A stretch of 61,316 nt of DNA from Octopus bimaculoides (Eukaryota), in the NCBI RefSeq assembly GCF_001194135.2, contig NC_068982.1:104462017-104523332 (forward strand), in the 5' to 3' direction. Shown piece by piece: positions 1 to 11,717 of this stretch. The notes beneath the pieces were generated by a model, which was not told the origin of the DNA, searched no databases, and saw only the letters and a list, made by a program, of their open reading frames with translations. Made by a program: the position numbers and the translations under genes. Numbering within the stretch: the first letter of the stretch is position 1; each line of letters starts with the position of its first letter.

Positions 1-536
1 TCAAACTAGATACCATAAAGCACCTGGTTTAACTCAAAACAATCATTTCCTACCTCTTTACTTTTTCACCTTTGTGTGCATATGTGTGTGTGTGTGTGTG
101 TGTGCAACTGTTTGTTACTTCAACAGTTCCTTACACACAAGAAGATTCCTTCCATCTGACATCACATTATCAAACTATTGCCTCTCTCCTCATCTGAAAT
201 CTACTTTTAAAGGTCAGTCATACTTGACTCCACANNNNNNNNNNATATATATTTACATATAGGTCCACGCATGTATTGTTTTGTTGTGTTTTTTTGTTTC
301 TGTTTTTCAATCAGTTACAGGGTTGATTCAGGTATTGTCTACTATTTTACTGTTTATTTTTTATATTTCTATTATTTTTCTTTTATAACACCCTGACACA
401 AACACCAGATTAGTGGAAAGCTATTATTGTAGGATTTGAACTCACAAGAGTGGTTTATCAAACTAGATACCATAAAGCACCTGGTTTAACTCAAAACAAT
501 CATTTCCTACCTCTTTACTTTTTCACCTTTGTGTGC

Positions 537-570
<34 letters not shown>

Positions 571-1099
571 ANNNNNNNNNNAAGATTCCTTCCATCTGAC
601 ATCACATTATCAAACTATTGCCTCTCTCCTCATCTGAAATCTACTTTTAAAGGTCAGTCATACTTGACTCCACACGTCAGCATAATCACTATATCCATTG
701 ATAAACAAAAAGTAAGCTCTCTCTCTTTCTCTCTTACACACACACACACACATCCACACACAGTGGAGCACTAAGTTCATTATACTAACTGTTTCTTTCA
801 CTGAATTAAACACTGCCCTTCAAAATTATAGATTGAAATTGCTTCTTGTAATATTTATAATTTGCAATTCTCCAAGCAAAACTCCTCCCAGAACCATTGA
901 TTTAAACCCTTCATAGTATTTATCGATGGTGGAATTAAAAGAAATTAATCATTATTATGTCATTATATACTTCATTGTCATCTACATCATGATTACATCA
1001 TCACCATCATCATCATAATTGGTTTAATATCTATTTCTCCAAGATGTTCTACTGTTTCAGTTTCACAACTGCATTTTAATTTTTGACCTATTTTCTCCA

Positions 1100-1900
1100 A
1101 TTCACTGCGTCTAATATGTCAAGAAAAGTTTACACCTAGAATCCATTATTTATCATCTATTTGGATCAGATTCTTTTTAATGAATTGATCAATTATTCTT
1201 GTAAACATCAGCCATTGATTTGGGTCACAATTTGCTTTCTCAATTCATTTATATACAACCTGTCTCTCAAGTTTACATTGCATACATTCAACTGACCTTA
1301 TTGATTTTTCTCCTCGTTCTCTGTATTTGCTGTCTCTAATTATTACAATTTTTGACATAATTCATTGATAACATATGCCTTCCAGAGACAGGATCCACTT
1401 ATCACCAAAGGGATAAAGTTTCTTCACCCAGTTTCAGTTCATTTCATATCCTAAACTTTGTGCTATACCTAGTTCCTCTCTTAACATTTCAAATGTTATC
1501 TAGTTATAGAGCTTATCTATTACCTTCTGAGAATTACTTGAACCTGTCATAATCTCCAATCCTTTGCTTCTCATAGTGTTTAGCTACACCAGTACATGTT
1601 GCCTATTTAAAATTTTGATTTCTTGTACAACTCACAGTGACTGAACAATACTGAATACTTCTCTACTTATTTTCTGAGAATGACCATTTCCTTGATACCA
1701 CTAAATTTGGGACTTTTTATTACTACATCACTCAATTAAGACCAATTCTTCCACTAAACTCCTCTACAGCAAAAAACCTGTCCTCTTCTTCTCTGGCCCT
1801 TTCTTTCATACATCTCCTAGCATAAAGTTGCCTTCATCTCTACTGTTGCACTATACAGTCAAAAGGGATATTAGGTTTGTGATCTTCATACTAACCTCAC
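1100..1900 (-). mobile_element. Probable highly decayed LINE (RTE-like endonuclease region) relic
   Basis: Purine-rich minus strand with remnants such as EIKILNRQHVLV. No intact ORF. Confidence 0.3.
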
Positions 1901-3710
1901 TAGTGCTGGTTTCTCAAAAAAACAGGACTCAGTATACTCTATAAAGTGGTTGGCATTAGGAAAGATATTTAGCTAGAGAAATTATGCCAAAGCAGATATT
2001 GGAGAAGTCTTCAGACCTGTTGAGTCTAGGCAAACCTGTGCCAATATGAAATATGGGCAGTAAAAGAAAAAGGAAGAGGAGGAGAAGGATGGAATGGTGA
2101 TCATGAAGAAGAATATAGTCTACCTTTCAGAAAATCTAATTTCTATTGCTGCAGCCAAGGATGAAGAGCATTTGAATCATTTAATTTTAACATAATCTAA
2201 AAACCTTCTAAAATGTAACCCACATATGGAAGAACTAATTGTAATATAAGAAACAAGCTAATTGGGACCAGAAGCGATTTTCTTTTACTTTGATTTACAG
2301 TGCTAAAATAAAATATGTCACCCTTATCATGACCTGTTTGGATTCCTTGTGGAACATAAGATCTCTCTTGCCATTTTCATGTGTTCTGTCTTATGCATTT
2401 CTTTGCAATGGGTTCCATATCAATTTGGTCATTTTCAGTTCCTCTTCTTCCAACCTCCATCGAGTGATCCATGACAAACATCTTGTCTTTCTTCACCTGT
2501 CTGACCTCCAATTTAAGCTAGCTTTTTAGTTTCCTTAACACGTTTTGCTATTTGTAGGTCAATGGGTTCTTGTTTGGTTATGTCCCATAGGTCTTTGTTG
2601 CTTACAGTTTCTTATAGCTAATGTTTAGAATGTTTTTGAGACCTCATTGTCAGGCAGAGGGATTATGTGTTGATGGGGGTCAGTGCAGAGACTAAATACC
2701 CTTGCAGTGGTGGATGCTGTGAAAGTGGTATAGGAAAGGTTGTCAACTGCTGCTGATGTTGTCAACAACCAATGATAATGATAAAAGTCAGTATTCATGA
2801 AGACTACCACTACTACTACTAATAATAATAATAATGATGATGATGAAAATAATAATAATCGATTATAATTTGATTAAGAGAAGATATCACTTCATAGAAA
2901 CCCTTTTCTTTTATTATTGTTTTTTTTTTTATATATTTTCAAATATACTACATAACCAACAAATCTGATTTTTTTTCCCTCCCTCTTCTTATTTTCCTCT
3001 TTTCCTCTTCTTAGATACCTCTTAACCATATGAAGACTTGGTTTATCTAGAGTGGAATATTAACTAATGTCGATAATCTTTTACATTTCCTAACCTGTTA
3101 TCTCACTCTTCCTCTTCAACCTCTTCTCTTGTAATTTGTTTTCCTTTGTATGATAGCATTTACTTTATTTCTGACTTTAAACTGCTGTTGTTTGCTTTTA
3201 TAAACATGACTTCTCTTTTCTATGGCTTAGGAATAGCTGATTTATTATTCAAACTTCTTAACAAAATATTATATATATANNNNNNNNNNNNNNNNATATA
3301 TATATATATATATATACATACAAAGTCTCTGCCTCCCATTATCTCCCTTCATTGCTTTTTTAACTTTAATAAATTTTTCATTTACTTTTCTCCAAACTCT
3401 TTGTTTAATATTTGGTGTTCCATTAAAAGATAAAGCAATGTTAACAATCTTGGGTATATGTGTGTGTGTGCATTTTATACATACATGTATAATAAATTTG
3501 TATCTATATCTACTTCTCTCTCTTCTTCTCTTCCTTTTTCCATATCTATATATATGTGTGTGTGTATGTGTATGTGATTGTATGGTGTGAAATTTTCAGC
3601 TCACTGTGATGTGTATTATCTTTAAACTTTTTAGCTTAAGTTTGTATATTGTACAAACATATTGTAAGATTTCTTATTCTTCAAAGACTATGAAACAATG
3701 ATATTCTGTT

Positions 3711-3746
<36 letters not shown>

Positions 3747-4191
3747 CATATATACATGTATGTGTATGTACATATATGCATGTATGTACATATATATATA
3801 ACTGGACTTATTTATTTTCTGTTCACCTTATTGAAACCCTTTAATATATTAATATTCCCCTTCCCTAACTACATCACTCTCTCCCCCTCCCTCTCTACTT
3901 ATATGTATACATACACATGTATATATAGACCATCGGCAATTTGCTGTGCTTCGGAAGACACATCAAGCCAAGTGAAATTGTTGTGTGGCCAATGCCAGTA
4001 ACATGTAAAAGGCACCCAGTACACTCCACAGAGTGGTTGGCATTAGGAAGGGCATCCAGCCATAGAAACCAAGCCAAATCAGACTGGAGCCTGGTTTACC
4101 AGTTCAAGTCAAACCATGTAACCCATGCTAGCATGGAAAGCAGGCACTAAATGATGATGATGATACACCTACACACATATATTTACACTTA

Positions 4192-4228
<37 letters not shown>

Positions 4229-4638
4229 GCAAACACAGAGTAATCTGTGTATCATATTTAAAGCAGATACATCATGGAAAGCCTAATTAATTGTGATATT
4301 CACCCTGTGATAGTATTTCCAATTGATGTACAGTGTTAAAAATCACAAAAATATATCAGCAGCAGACAAAAATAGTCCAGCAGTCTGGTGGTATTGCTAC
4401 CTTTGTTTTTCTGCTTCTTTGGCCTTATCAGTAGCAAGTATCTACTGGCAATTACATGCTTAGTCAAAATCTGCCTTTGTTGATATAGTAAAACAGTGAT
4501 TGAAAGATTATTGCAGTATGTGATGAAAGCAGTATTAGTTCAAAATAACAATCTTTATATGATACTGAAAGAAGATAGTATCTCTTTACAGTACTATCTT
4601 TCTCACTCTTCCTCTCTCACTTTCTCTCTCTGTGTCTA

Positions 4639-4669
<31 letters not shown>

Positions 4670-7365
4670 ACAAGAAGAGAGGTTGTCATCTATACTATGG
4701 CCACAGTGAGAGAACTCAAGAACTAGTGTACAGGACCAGGACAATATATAGTATATCTATACTTATACATATTGTTGTAGTATAGATGTCATCATATGAT
4801 GATAAGGTGCCTAGAATTAGTGCCTCTTAGAATGGGCAGTATCTGTTTTAATGTCCATTTATTTTCAAAAGTTATTTAAAGTGTAAATCAATGTATAGCA
4901 GCCTCTTTTTATTAATGTAGTACATAAGACTGCATATATTTAGTATTCTCAGAGTTTTATAGTAATTACAAGCTATTATCTTAACTCATGGGAATTAAAG
5001 GACACCTGTTTTCCAACCAAATAGGTTCAAGAAAACTATAATCCAAAATCTATAAGAACTTTCTTCTAAATCTTGCATTACATGAACAGAATATAATGAA
5101 AGCTTTCTTTCATTATGAAAAATAATTGATTATAAGATGCAGGCTTTATTTTAGTAGCTACGGCTATTACTGAAAGCTGACATTGATATATGTCAGGTTT
5201 AAGACCTTTTAAAGTAACAGTCTGAAAATAACAAACTTTTTGATGGGATATACTCTTTCTTCCTTATTTTATTAATAATATAAATCTGTCTATGAAAGAT
5301 GAAAAAGTGTTTAACAGTTTAGATTGATGCTTCAGGTTAAGTTTTTGAATAAAAAAATGTGTTTGTAAATATAAAGTTAAAACAAATGTAAATTTTGTAT
5401 ACAGATGATGTCATATAATAAATAAACTGGCATGTTATCATAAAATAAATGTTGAGTCAAACAAAATTTCTTTACATATAAAAATAGCTTTGTCCTCCAG
5501 TAATTATTGATCTCCTTAAAAAGCCAAGCTCGACCCAGCATAGAAATTAGTTACAATATCTAGAATTATTCACCCTCTATAGTCACAAATATTCTATGTT
5601 GTATATTGATTTCCAGCCTTACCACACATACAATCTCCTGTACACTAGCAAGCTCTTTTAAATCATCTATAATGACTATAAGAATCTCTGCTCATCTATA
5701 AATGTTCATACTATCCTACTTCTAAACATCACACTCAATCATATTTTATGTGTTTTGTTGCTACAACCATTTCATCTCTCTTAAGGCACCTTTCTTCCTA
5801 AAACCATGCTTATTTCTTTGGATAGTCCCTCCCACTCATATTTACAGCCAATTACTAACTGTCAACACTTCACATGAAATATCAAACAAATTAATCTTAT
5901 TTAATCATCCAATTCCCCCATGTCAGAAATTCCACAAGATATTAAGTACCACATTTCCTGCCTTGAGCTATGCCTAGATATAAATAATTTATTTTTGTAG
6001 AAAGTATTTTACTGGCTTTGAATTAACTACAGAGTTGTCAGTATGACTTAGTTGCTAAAACATCAAGTTCCTGAGTAAAATATTTAGTTCACTTTTGGAT
6101 AATTAAACCTATTTGAAGCTATTTTTGCTTTTGAATTGAGATTTATCTGTACTTTTAAAATGAAAAAATGTAACAAGATTAAATTTATTATCTTTCAAAG
6201 GAATTTCTTATTTTTGAATATTTAAAGCCATGTTTAAATATTTCAGTAAAATTCTGTAAAATTCTGTTTAAAATTTAAACACTTTATTTTCTAAAATATG
6301 CTAAATATGCTTTGAAATGGTTAACTGTTGTAAAAACTTGTCATGACACTTTATGTCAATGACTTATAATAGAATAAATGGATATTAATAGAGATTACTT
6401 TAGTTTCCAACACATAAAGATCTAGTAAATAGTAAACTTGATTAAAAGTGAATAAAATCACTTTGCTTTTTAAACATTCTCTACAACAATCAACAATATT
6501 GATCTAAATCAAATATTTTTACTATAGACATATCTTGGAAATTTATGCTATTACCATTCTTCAAAGCAATTTCAGAATTATTTATTTCACTAAATTTAAA
6601 TCAAGAGTGTAAAATAATGGTTTGTGTTATAACATTTTGCACTGAACATAATTTTATTGCTAGTTTCATATCTCTTCTAAAGAGCAAGCCATAATAAAAC
6701 TGAAGTAGATTTTTCTGAGCATTTAATGAAATTCATTAAAAATTTCATTTGTGGTGGAGAGGCTGTTTAAATAAAGTAATAAATCACAAGTAAATAATTA
6801 TGAAGCTGTTAATCTTCTGACACTGACTAACCCCAATCAACAGAAAATTTGGTGACATACAGTGGTGGAACTGGTATTCTCTTCACACTTTAACCTTTAT
6901 TAAATCATTAATAGCTACGATTAAAGGCATTCTAGCAGTTGTCCATCACTTCTTTTTTAAGCAGTGTTTACCCAAAGACCCATTACCCAATACGCCCTTC
7001 CTAGGAAGATGTGATGTGATGGAACTTTGGTTGACTACAGAGAAGCTTTCTTATTAATTTGTAAGTGTAGTAATTAAAAATTTGACTGCAGCAAACAAAT
7101 CAACACGATTACTGACTAATGTTTAAAAAAACTCTGGCAGGAAAGTCAACATTAATTCAACCTGTATATAAAAAACAACATAGATGCCAAATAAATTCAG
7201 TTCTTGAAAATGAGACTGTGAAGATCTGGAAATGTTGAATATGAATTTAGAGTCTTTATTGCTTCAAAATAACTGTTTAAAAAATTGAATAATAGGAAAT
7301 ATTTAAATTTAAAAATATATAACTTGAACACAGACATGTAATTAATGAACCACACATTTTTATAT

Positions 7366-7368
<3 letters not shown>

Positions 7369-7434
<66 letters not shown>

Positions 7435-7446
7435 TGTGTGTGTGTG
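7369..7446. repeat. (CA)n directly followed by (TG)n microsatellite, one of many simple repeats ((ATT)n, (TA)n, (CT)n, (TACA)n, (CTT)n) in the window
   Basis: Read directly from the sequence. Confidence 0.95.
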
Positions 7447-7934
7447 TATAGATATATATTTGGGTATGTGTAAACATGTTTTGTTTTAGTATATATTGGG
7501 TTTTGTTTTATCATCAATAAATTGTGTGATTGCTACTGAATGGACTAAATATGCTGATGTCTGTTCAATTTATTCTATATTTTAAAATGTGTTATAGTGT
7601 TATCCACAGAATAAAGCATGGGCATGTTACATTCAGTCTCCAATATATTCTTTCATTTATATCATATTGTGCATCCTTGATTTTTATCAGTTTATTCTCA
7701 TCTTCAACTATTTTCTTTCTTTTCTTTTTTCTATACTATTGGGGTTTTTTCTTGCTAATTTCCAATATTTTCACAGAAAGCATGCTAGAAAACTAGTTCC
7801 TTTTCTATGTCTGTAACTATATATTGCTGTCAATTTTTTTTCTCTCTCCTTTAATATCAAACATTTCTACATTATAAATAAAACCTACTTCAGCAATTAA
7901 TGACAGGTAAATGCTATTATTATTATCATTATTA

Positions 7935-7987
<53 letters not shown>

Positions 7988-7988
7988 T

Positions 7989-8226
7989 AAGGCTGTGATC
8001 TGGCAGAATCATTAGCATGCTGAACAAAATGCTTAGAGGCATTTTGTCTGTCTTTACATTCTGGGTTCAAATTCTGCCGAGGTTGACTTTACCGTTCATC
8101 TTTTCAGAGTTTATAAAATGAGTAACAGTTGTGTTCTGAGATCAATGTAATCGACTAACACCTTCCCCCAAATTTCAGGCCTTGTGCCTATTGTAGAAAG
8201 GATTATTATTATTATTATTATTATTA

Positions 8227-8258
<32 letters not shown>

Positions 8259-8440
8259 TAAGGCAGTGAGTTAGGAGAATCATTAACATGCCAAAGTGCT
8301 TAGCATTTCGTGTCTTTACATTCTGAGCTCAAATTCCACTGGGTTTGACTTTCCTTTCATCTTTTCAGACTCGATAAAATAAGTACCAGTCAAGTACTAA
8401 GGTCGATGTAATCAACTAGCCCTCTCCCACAAAATTTCAG
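7989..8440 (+). mobile_element. Two tandem copies of tRNA-derived SINE family B (7989-8201, 8260-8440) separated by (ATT)n
   Basis: Head AAGGCxGxGAGCTGGCAGAATC..TTCTGAGTTCAAATTC, body AAATAAGTACCAG. More copies at ~43630-43855 (-), 43883-44100 (+), 44113-44330 (+), ~47440-47590 (-) and ~52550-52700 (-). Confidence 0.85.
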
Positions 8441-8813
8441 GTCGAGTAGCCCATCCCGCTCAAAAGGTCCCTGAATAAGAACTGTTTAAGGATGTTGAAT
8501 GAAACGCCTATGTTTCCAGAGGTGTATTATTCAAACCCCAAAGACTTCCTCTCAACACATGGCTATGATGCTCCCCAACTACTTCTGCTCATGATCAGAG
8601 ATGCACACCTTGTCAGCTACCAAGGGAATGTTTAAATGATTACGGTCAGACAACTAACAAGCAATTCTGTGATATTGAGCAGAATATTTGCTGTAGCTCA
8701 TCTTTTTATACCAAGACAAAACATGTATATGATAACACTTCCAATCAGTTAAGATCAGAAGCCATGAGAGCCAGTGCCTGGTATTGATGTTATTATTATT
8801 ATTATTATTATTA

Positions 8814-9258
8814 NNNNNNNNNNNNNNNNNNNNNNNNNNNNNNNNNNNNNNNNNNNNNNNNNNNNNNNNNNNNNNNNNNNNNNNNNNNNNNNNNNNNNNN
8901 NNNNNNNNNNNNNNNNNNNNNNNNNNNNNNNNNNNNNNNNNNNNNNNNNNNNNNNNNNNNNNNNNNNNNNNNNNNNNNNNNNNNNNNNNNNNNNNNNNNN
9001 NNNNNNNNNNNNNNNNNNNNNNNNNNNNNNNNNNNNNNNNNNNNNNNNNNNNNNNNNNNNNNNNNNNNNNNNNNNNNNNNNNNNNNNNNNNNNNNNNNNN
9101 NNNNNNNNNNNNNNNNNNNNNNNNNNNNNNNNNNNNNNNNNNNNNNNNNNNNNNNNNNNNNNNNNNNNNNNNNNNNNNNNNNNNNNNNNNNNNNNNNNNN
9201 NNNNNNNNNNNNNNNNNNNNNNNNNNNNNNNNNNNNNNNNNNNNNNNNNNNNNNNNNN
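8814..9258. other. Assembly gap (N run); a second large gap lies at 26743-26916
   Basis: N characters. Both large gaps abut the inverted arm of a Penelope-derived element. Confidence 0.99.
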
Positions 9259-9562
9259 ATTATTCAGGTCACTGCTTGGAATCAAACTCGGAATCTTGGC
9301 ATATGGCGTAGTGGTGAAGAGCACAGGCTACAAACCCCAAGATTCCGAGTTCGATTCCAAGCAGTGACCTGAATAATAATAATAATAATAATAATAACAA
9401 CAACAACAACAACGTTGAAAAATACCTTAGGAATGAGAACCCAGGTTCGAAATTTCCCCAAGACACCTGGTGAAGGCTGGAGGGTATATCAGCCGAAACG
9501 TTGCATTAACAACAAACAAGATGAGGACAAATATCCATCAAATGTAAATAATGTAAATAATT
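9259..9562 (+). mobile_element. Penelope-derived tRNA-head/(AAT)n/hammerhead element, copy 1, with a short inverted 5' arm
   Basis: The + copy starts GGCATATGGCGTAGTGG (A box) at 9298, followed by B box GTTCGATTCC, (AAT)n(AAC)n and a degenerate hammerhead (CTGGTGA core) at 9462-9507. Segment 9259-9298 is the reverse complement of ~9337-9376. Confidence 0.75.
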
Positions 9563-9634
9563 GGGGTTGATATAATCAACTAGTCTCCTCCAACCAAATT
9601 TCAGGCCTTGTGCCTATCGTAGAAAGGATTGTTA

Positions 9635-9694
<60 letters not shown>

Positions 9695-10840
9695 TCTTAG
9701 GTTACTGAACTGCAAAATTAGTAAAACAAAGTACAAACTGTCTTGTGGTATTTAGTTACGTCTCTTTGCATTATGAAGTCAACTCCTGGAGAGGTTGACC
9801 TTGCTTTTCTTCCTTCATAGGTTGGTAAAATAAAAAAACCAGTCATGTATTGAGGTGGATTTCATAGACTTATATCCCTTCAAAATTTGACCATGTACCT
9901 ATTTCAAAAACCATTGTTATGCTGTGACTCTACATGAACACACCTTAATTATCAACTAAATTCCAAGTCTACTTGACTAAGTTTCATGTCTCTATAAGAA
10001 ATGTTTTCTTTATACTTTTCTTTTTTTCTTCTTGTAAATTCTTTTTGTAAACAGACAAAATTTAAAATAAGTTTACATATTTTCTTAATGTAACAGTAAC
10101 TGCTTGTGTATTTCTAATATTAAATCAATTCTTTTTAAATTATTGGATTTTATATTTTAAATTTGTTGTTTTTTATTTTAATTATTTCATGTGAATTCTT
10201 GAATGTAATCAATCTGCAATTTTACTTGATAGTATCATTGAAATAATCAATATTTTCTTATAACTGTTTCTTTTTTCATTGATAATTCTTGAAATTTTTT
10301 TAAAGGTAGCATTAACTTCCCATATCAAAATAAAGGCTTTTGTTGTTACCAATGATTTGCTAGGAGATCAAACTTCTAGTCAAATTTCCATCCAATTTGT
10401 AGCTATTCATTTCACCTATGTTACTAATCATCATCATCATTTAACGTCCGTTGTCCATGCTGGCATGGGTTAGATGGTTTGACCGGGCTGACATGCTGGA
10501 AGGCTGCACCGGATTCCAGTCTGATTTGGCATAGTTTTCTACAGCTGGATGCCCTTCCACCAACCATTCCAAGAGCGTAATGGGTGCTTTTACGTTCCAC
10601 CATGCACACACATTTGCATGCACATGCATGTGTATGCACACACATGTTAATGTATTTGTATTCATGTATGAGTATTGACTTATCCTGTCTACAATAGGAA
10701 AAGAAACCTTCAGATAGTTCAATACCAACCAATGGTTTATAACTTCATCTTTATCTATAACTCCTATGATGATATTGCACTGATACTGCACTTATTGCTC
10801 TGTTTTGTTTTTGATCATTTTCACAAAGTATGCTGACACC

Positions 10841-11634
10841 AGGGTGCTTTTACATGCACCCTGCAAGGGTACCAACTTGCATGATACCGGTATCTGCCAC
10901 AACTGCGATTTTGCTTGGCTTGATTTTGCACAACATAATGCCAAAGGTCTCAGCCATTGCTTCCTTGAGGCCCAACACTCAAAAGGAACTCAGCCACTTT
11001 GCCTCTGTGAAGCCCAATGATCAAAAGGTGTTCTTTACATGCCACCAGTACGGATGCACTTAGCTTGATGGTCCTCTCATCACCAAAGGTCTCGGTCACT
11101 AGTCATTGTCTCTGTGAGGCTCAAAGTTCAAAGATCATGCTTCACCACTTCATCTCATGTTTTCCTGGGTCTACCTCTACCACAGGTTCCCTCCACAGTT
11201 AAAGATTGGCACTTCTTTACACAGCTGTCCTCATCCATATGTATCACATGACCATACCAGTGCGGTTGTCTCTCTTGCACACCACATCTGATGCCTCTTA
11301 TGCCTAACTTTTCTCTTAAGTTGCTTACACTCTGTCGAACATGCACACTGACATTGCACAGTCAGCAAAGCATGCTGGCTTCATTTCTTTCAAGGCTACA
11401 CATGGCCTCGGCTGTCACAGCCCATGTTTCACTGCCATGCAGCACAGCTGTTCACATACAGGTATCAAACAATCTGCCTTTCACTCTGAGAGAGAGGCCC
11501 TTTGTTACCATCAGGGGTAGGAGCTCTCTGAACTTTGCCCATCCTAATCTCACAACTACGCTCTTGGAGCATCCGCCTCCACTACTAACTTGGTCACCTA
11601 GATAATGGAAGCTATCTGCTACATCTAGCTCCAC
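10841..11634 (-). mobile_element. 5'-truncated RTE-clade LINE (RT C-terminus and 3' UTR)
   Basis: Fragments DSFHYLGDQVSSGGGC..WAKFRELLPLM and LREKLGIRGIRC..WYGHVIHM..VEGTCGRGRPRKT. Confidence 0.85.
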
Positions 11635-11642
11635 CCCCCACC

Positions 11643-11717
11643 CCCCTTGCAGTTGATGGAATCTATTTTCTGCCCATTTTCTATGGGTAGAAAATAGACT
11701 CCATCAACTGCCAGGGG
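11643..11717. other. Compact near-perfect hairpin (~35-bp stem, 5-nt loop)
   Basis: GCAGTTGATGGAATCTATTTTCTGCCCAT-tttct-ATGGGTAGAAAATAGACTCCATCAACTGC has one G-U pair and one A-C mismatch in 29 bp, and is extended by CCCCT/AGGGG. Confidence 0.85.

Noticed and set aside
1-673. Near-identical tandem duplication (1-233 repeated at 458-673)
   Set aside because: The copies are identical except around a (TG)n tract and both abut short N gaps. This is most likely an assembly artefact of a heterozygous microsatellite.
3015-3050. Very strong polypyrimidine tract and AG at 3013-14 suggesting an exon
   Set aside because: Phase 1 hits TAA immediately, and no other frame offers a donor compatible with the phase-1 start of exon 13920.
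8755-9367. Longest ORFs in the track (175-197 aa)
   Set aside because: They consist almost entirely of N-gap and (ATT)n sequence.
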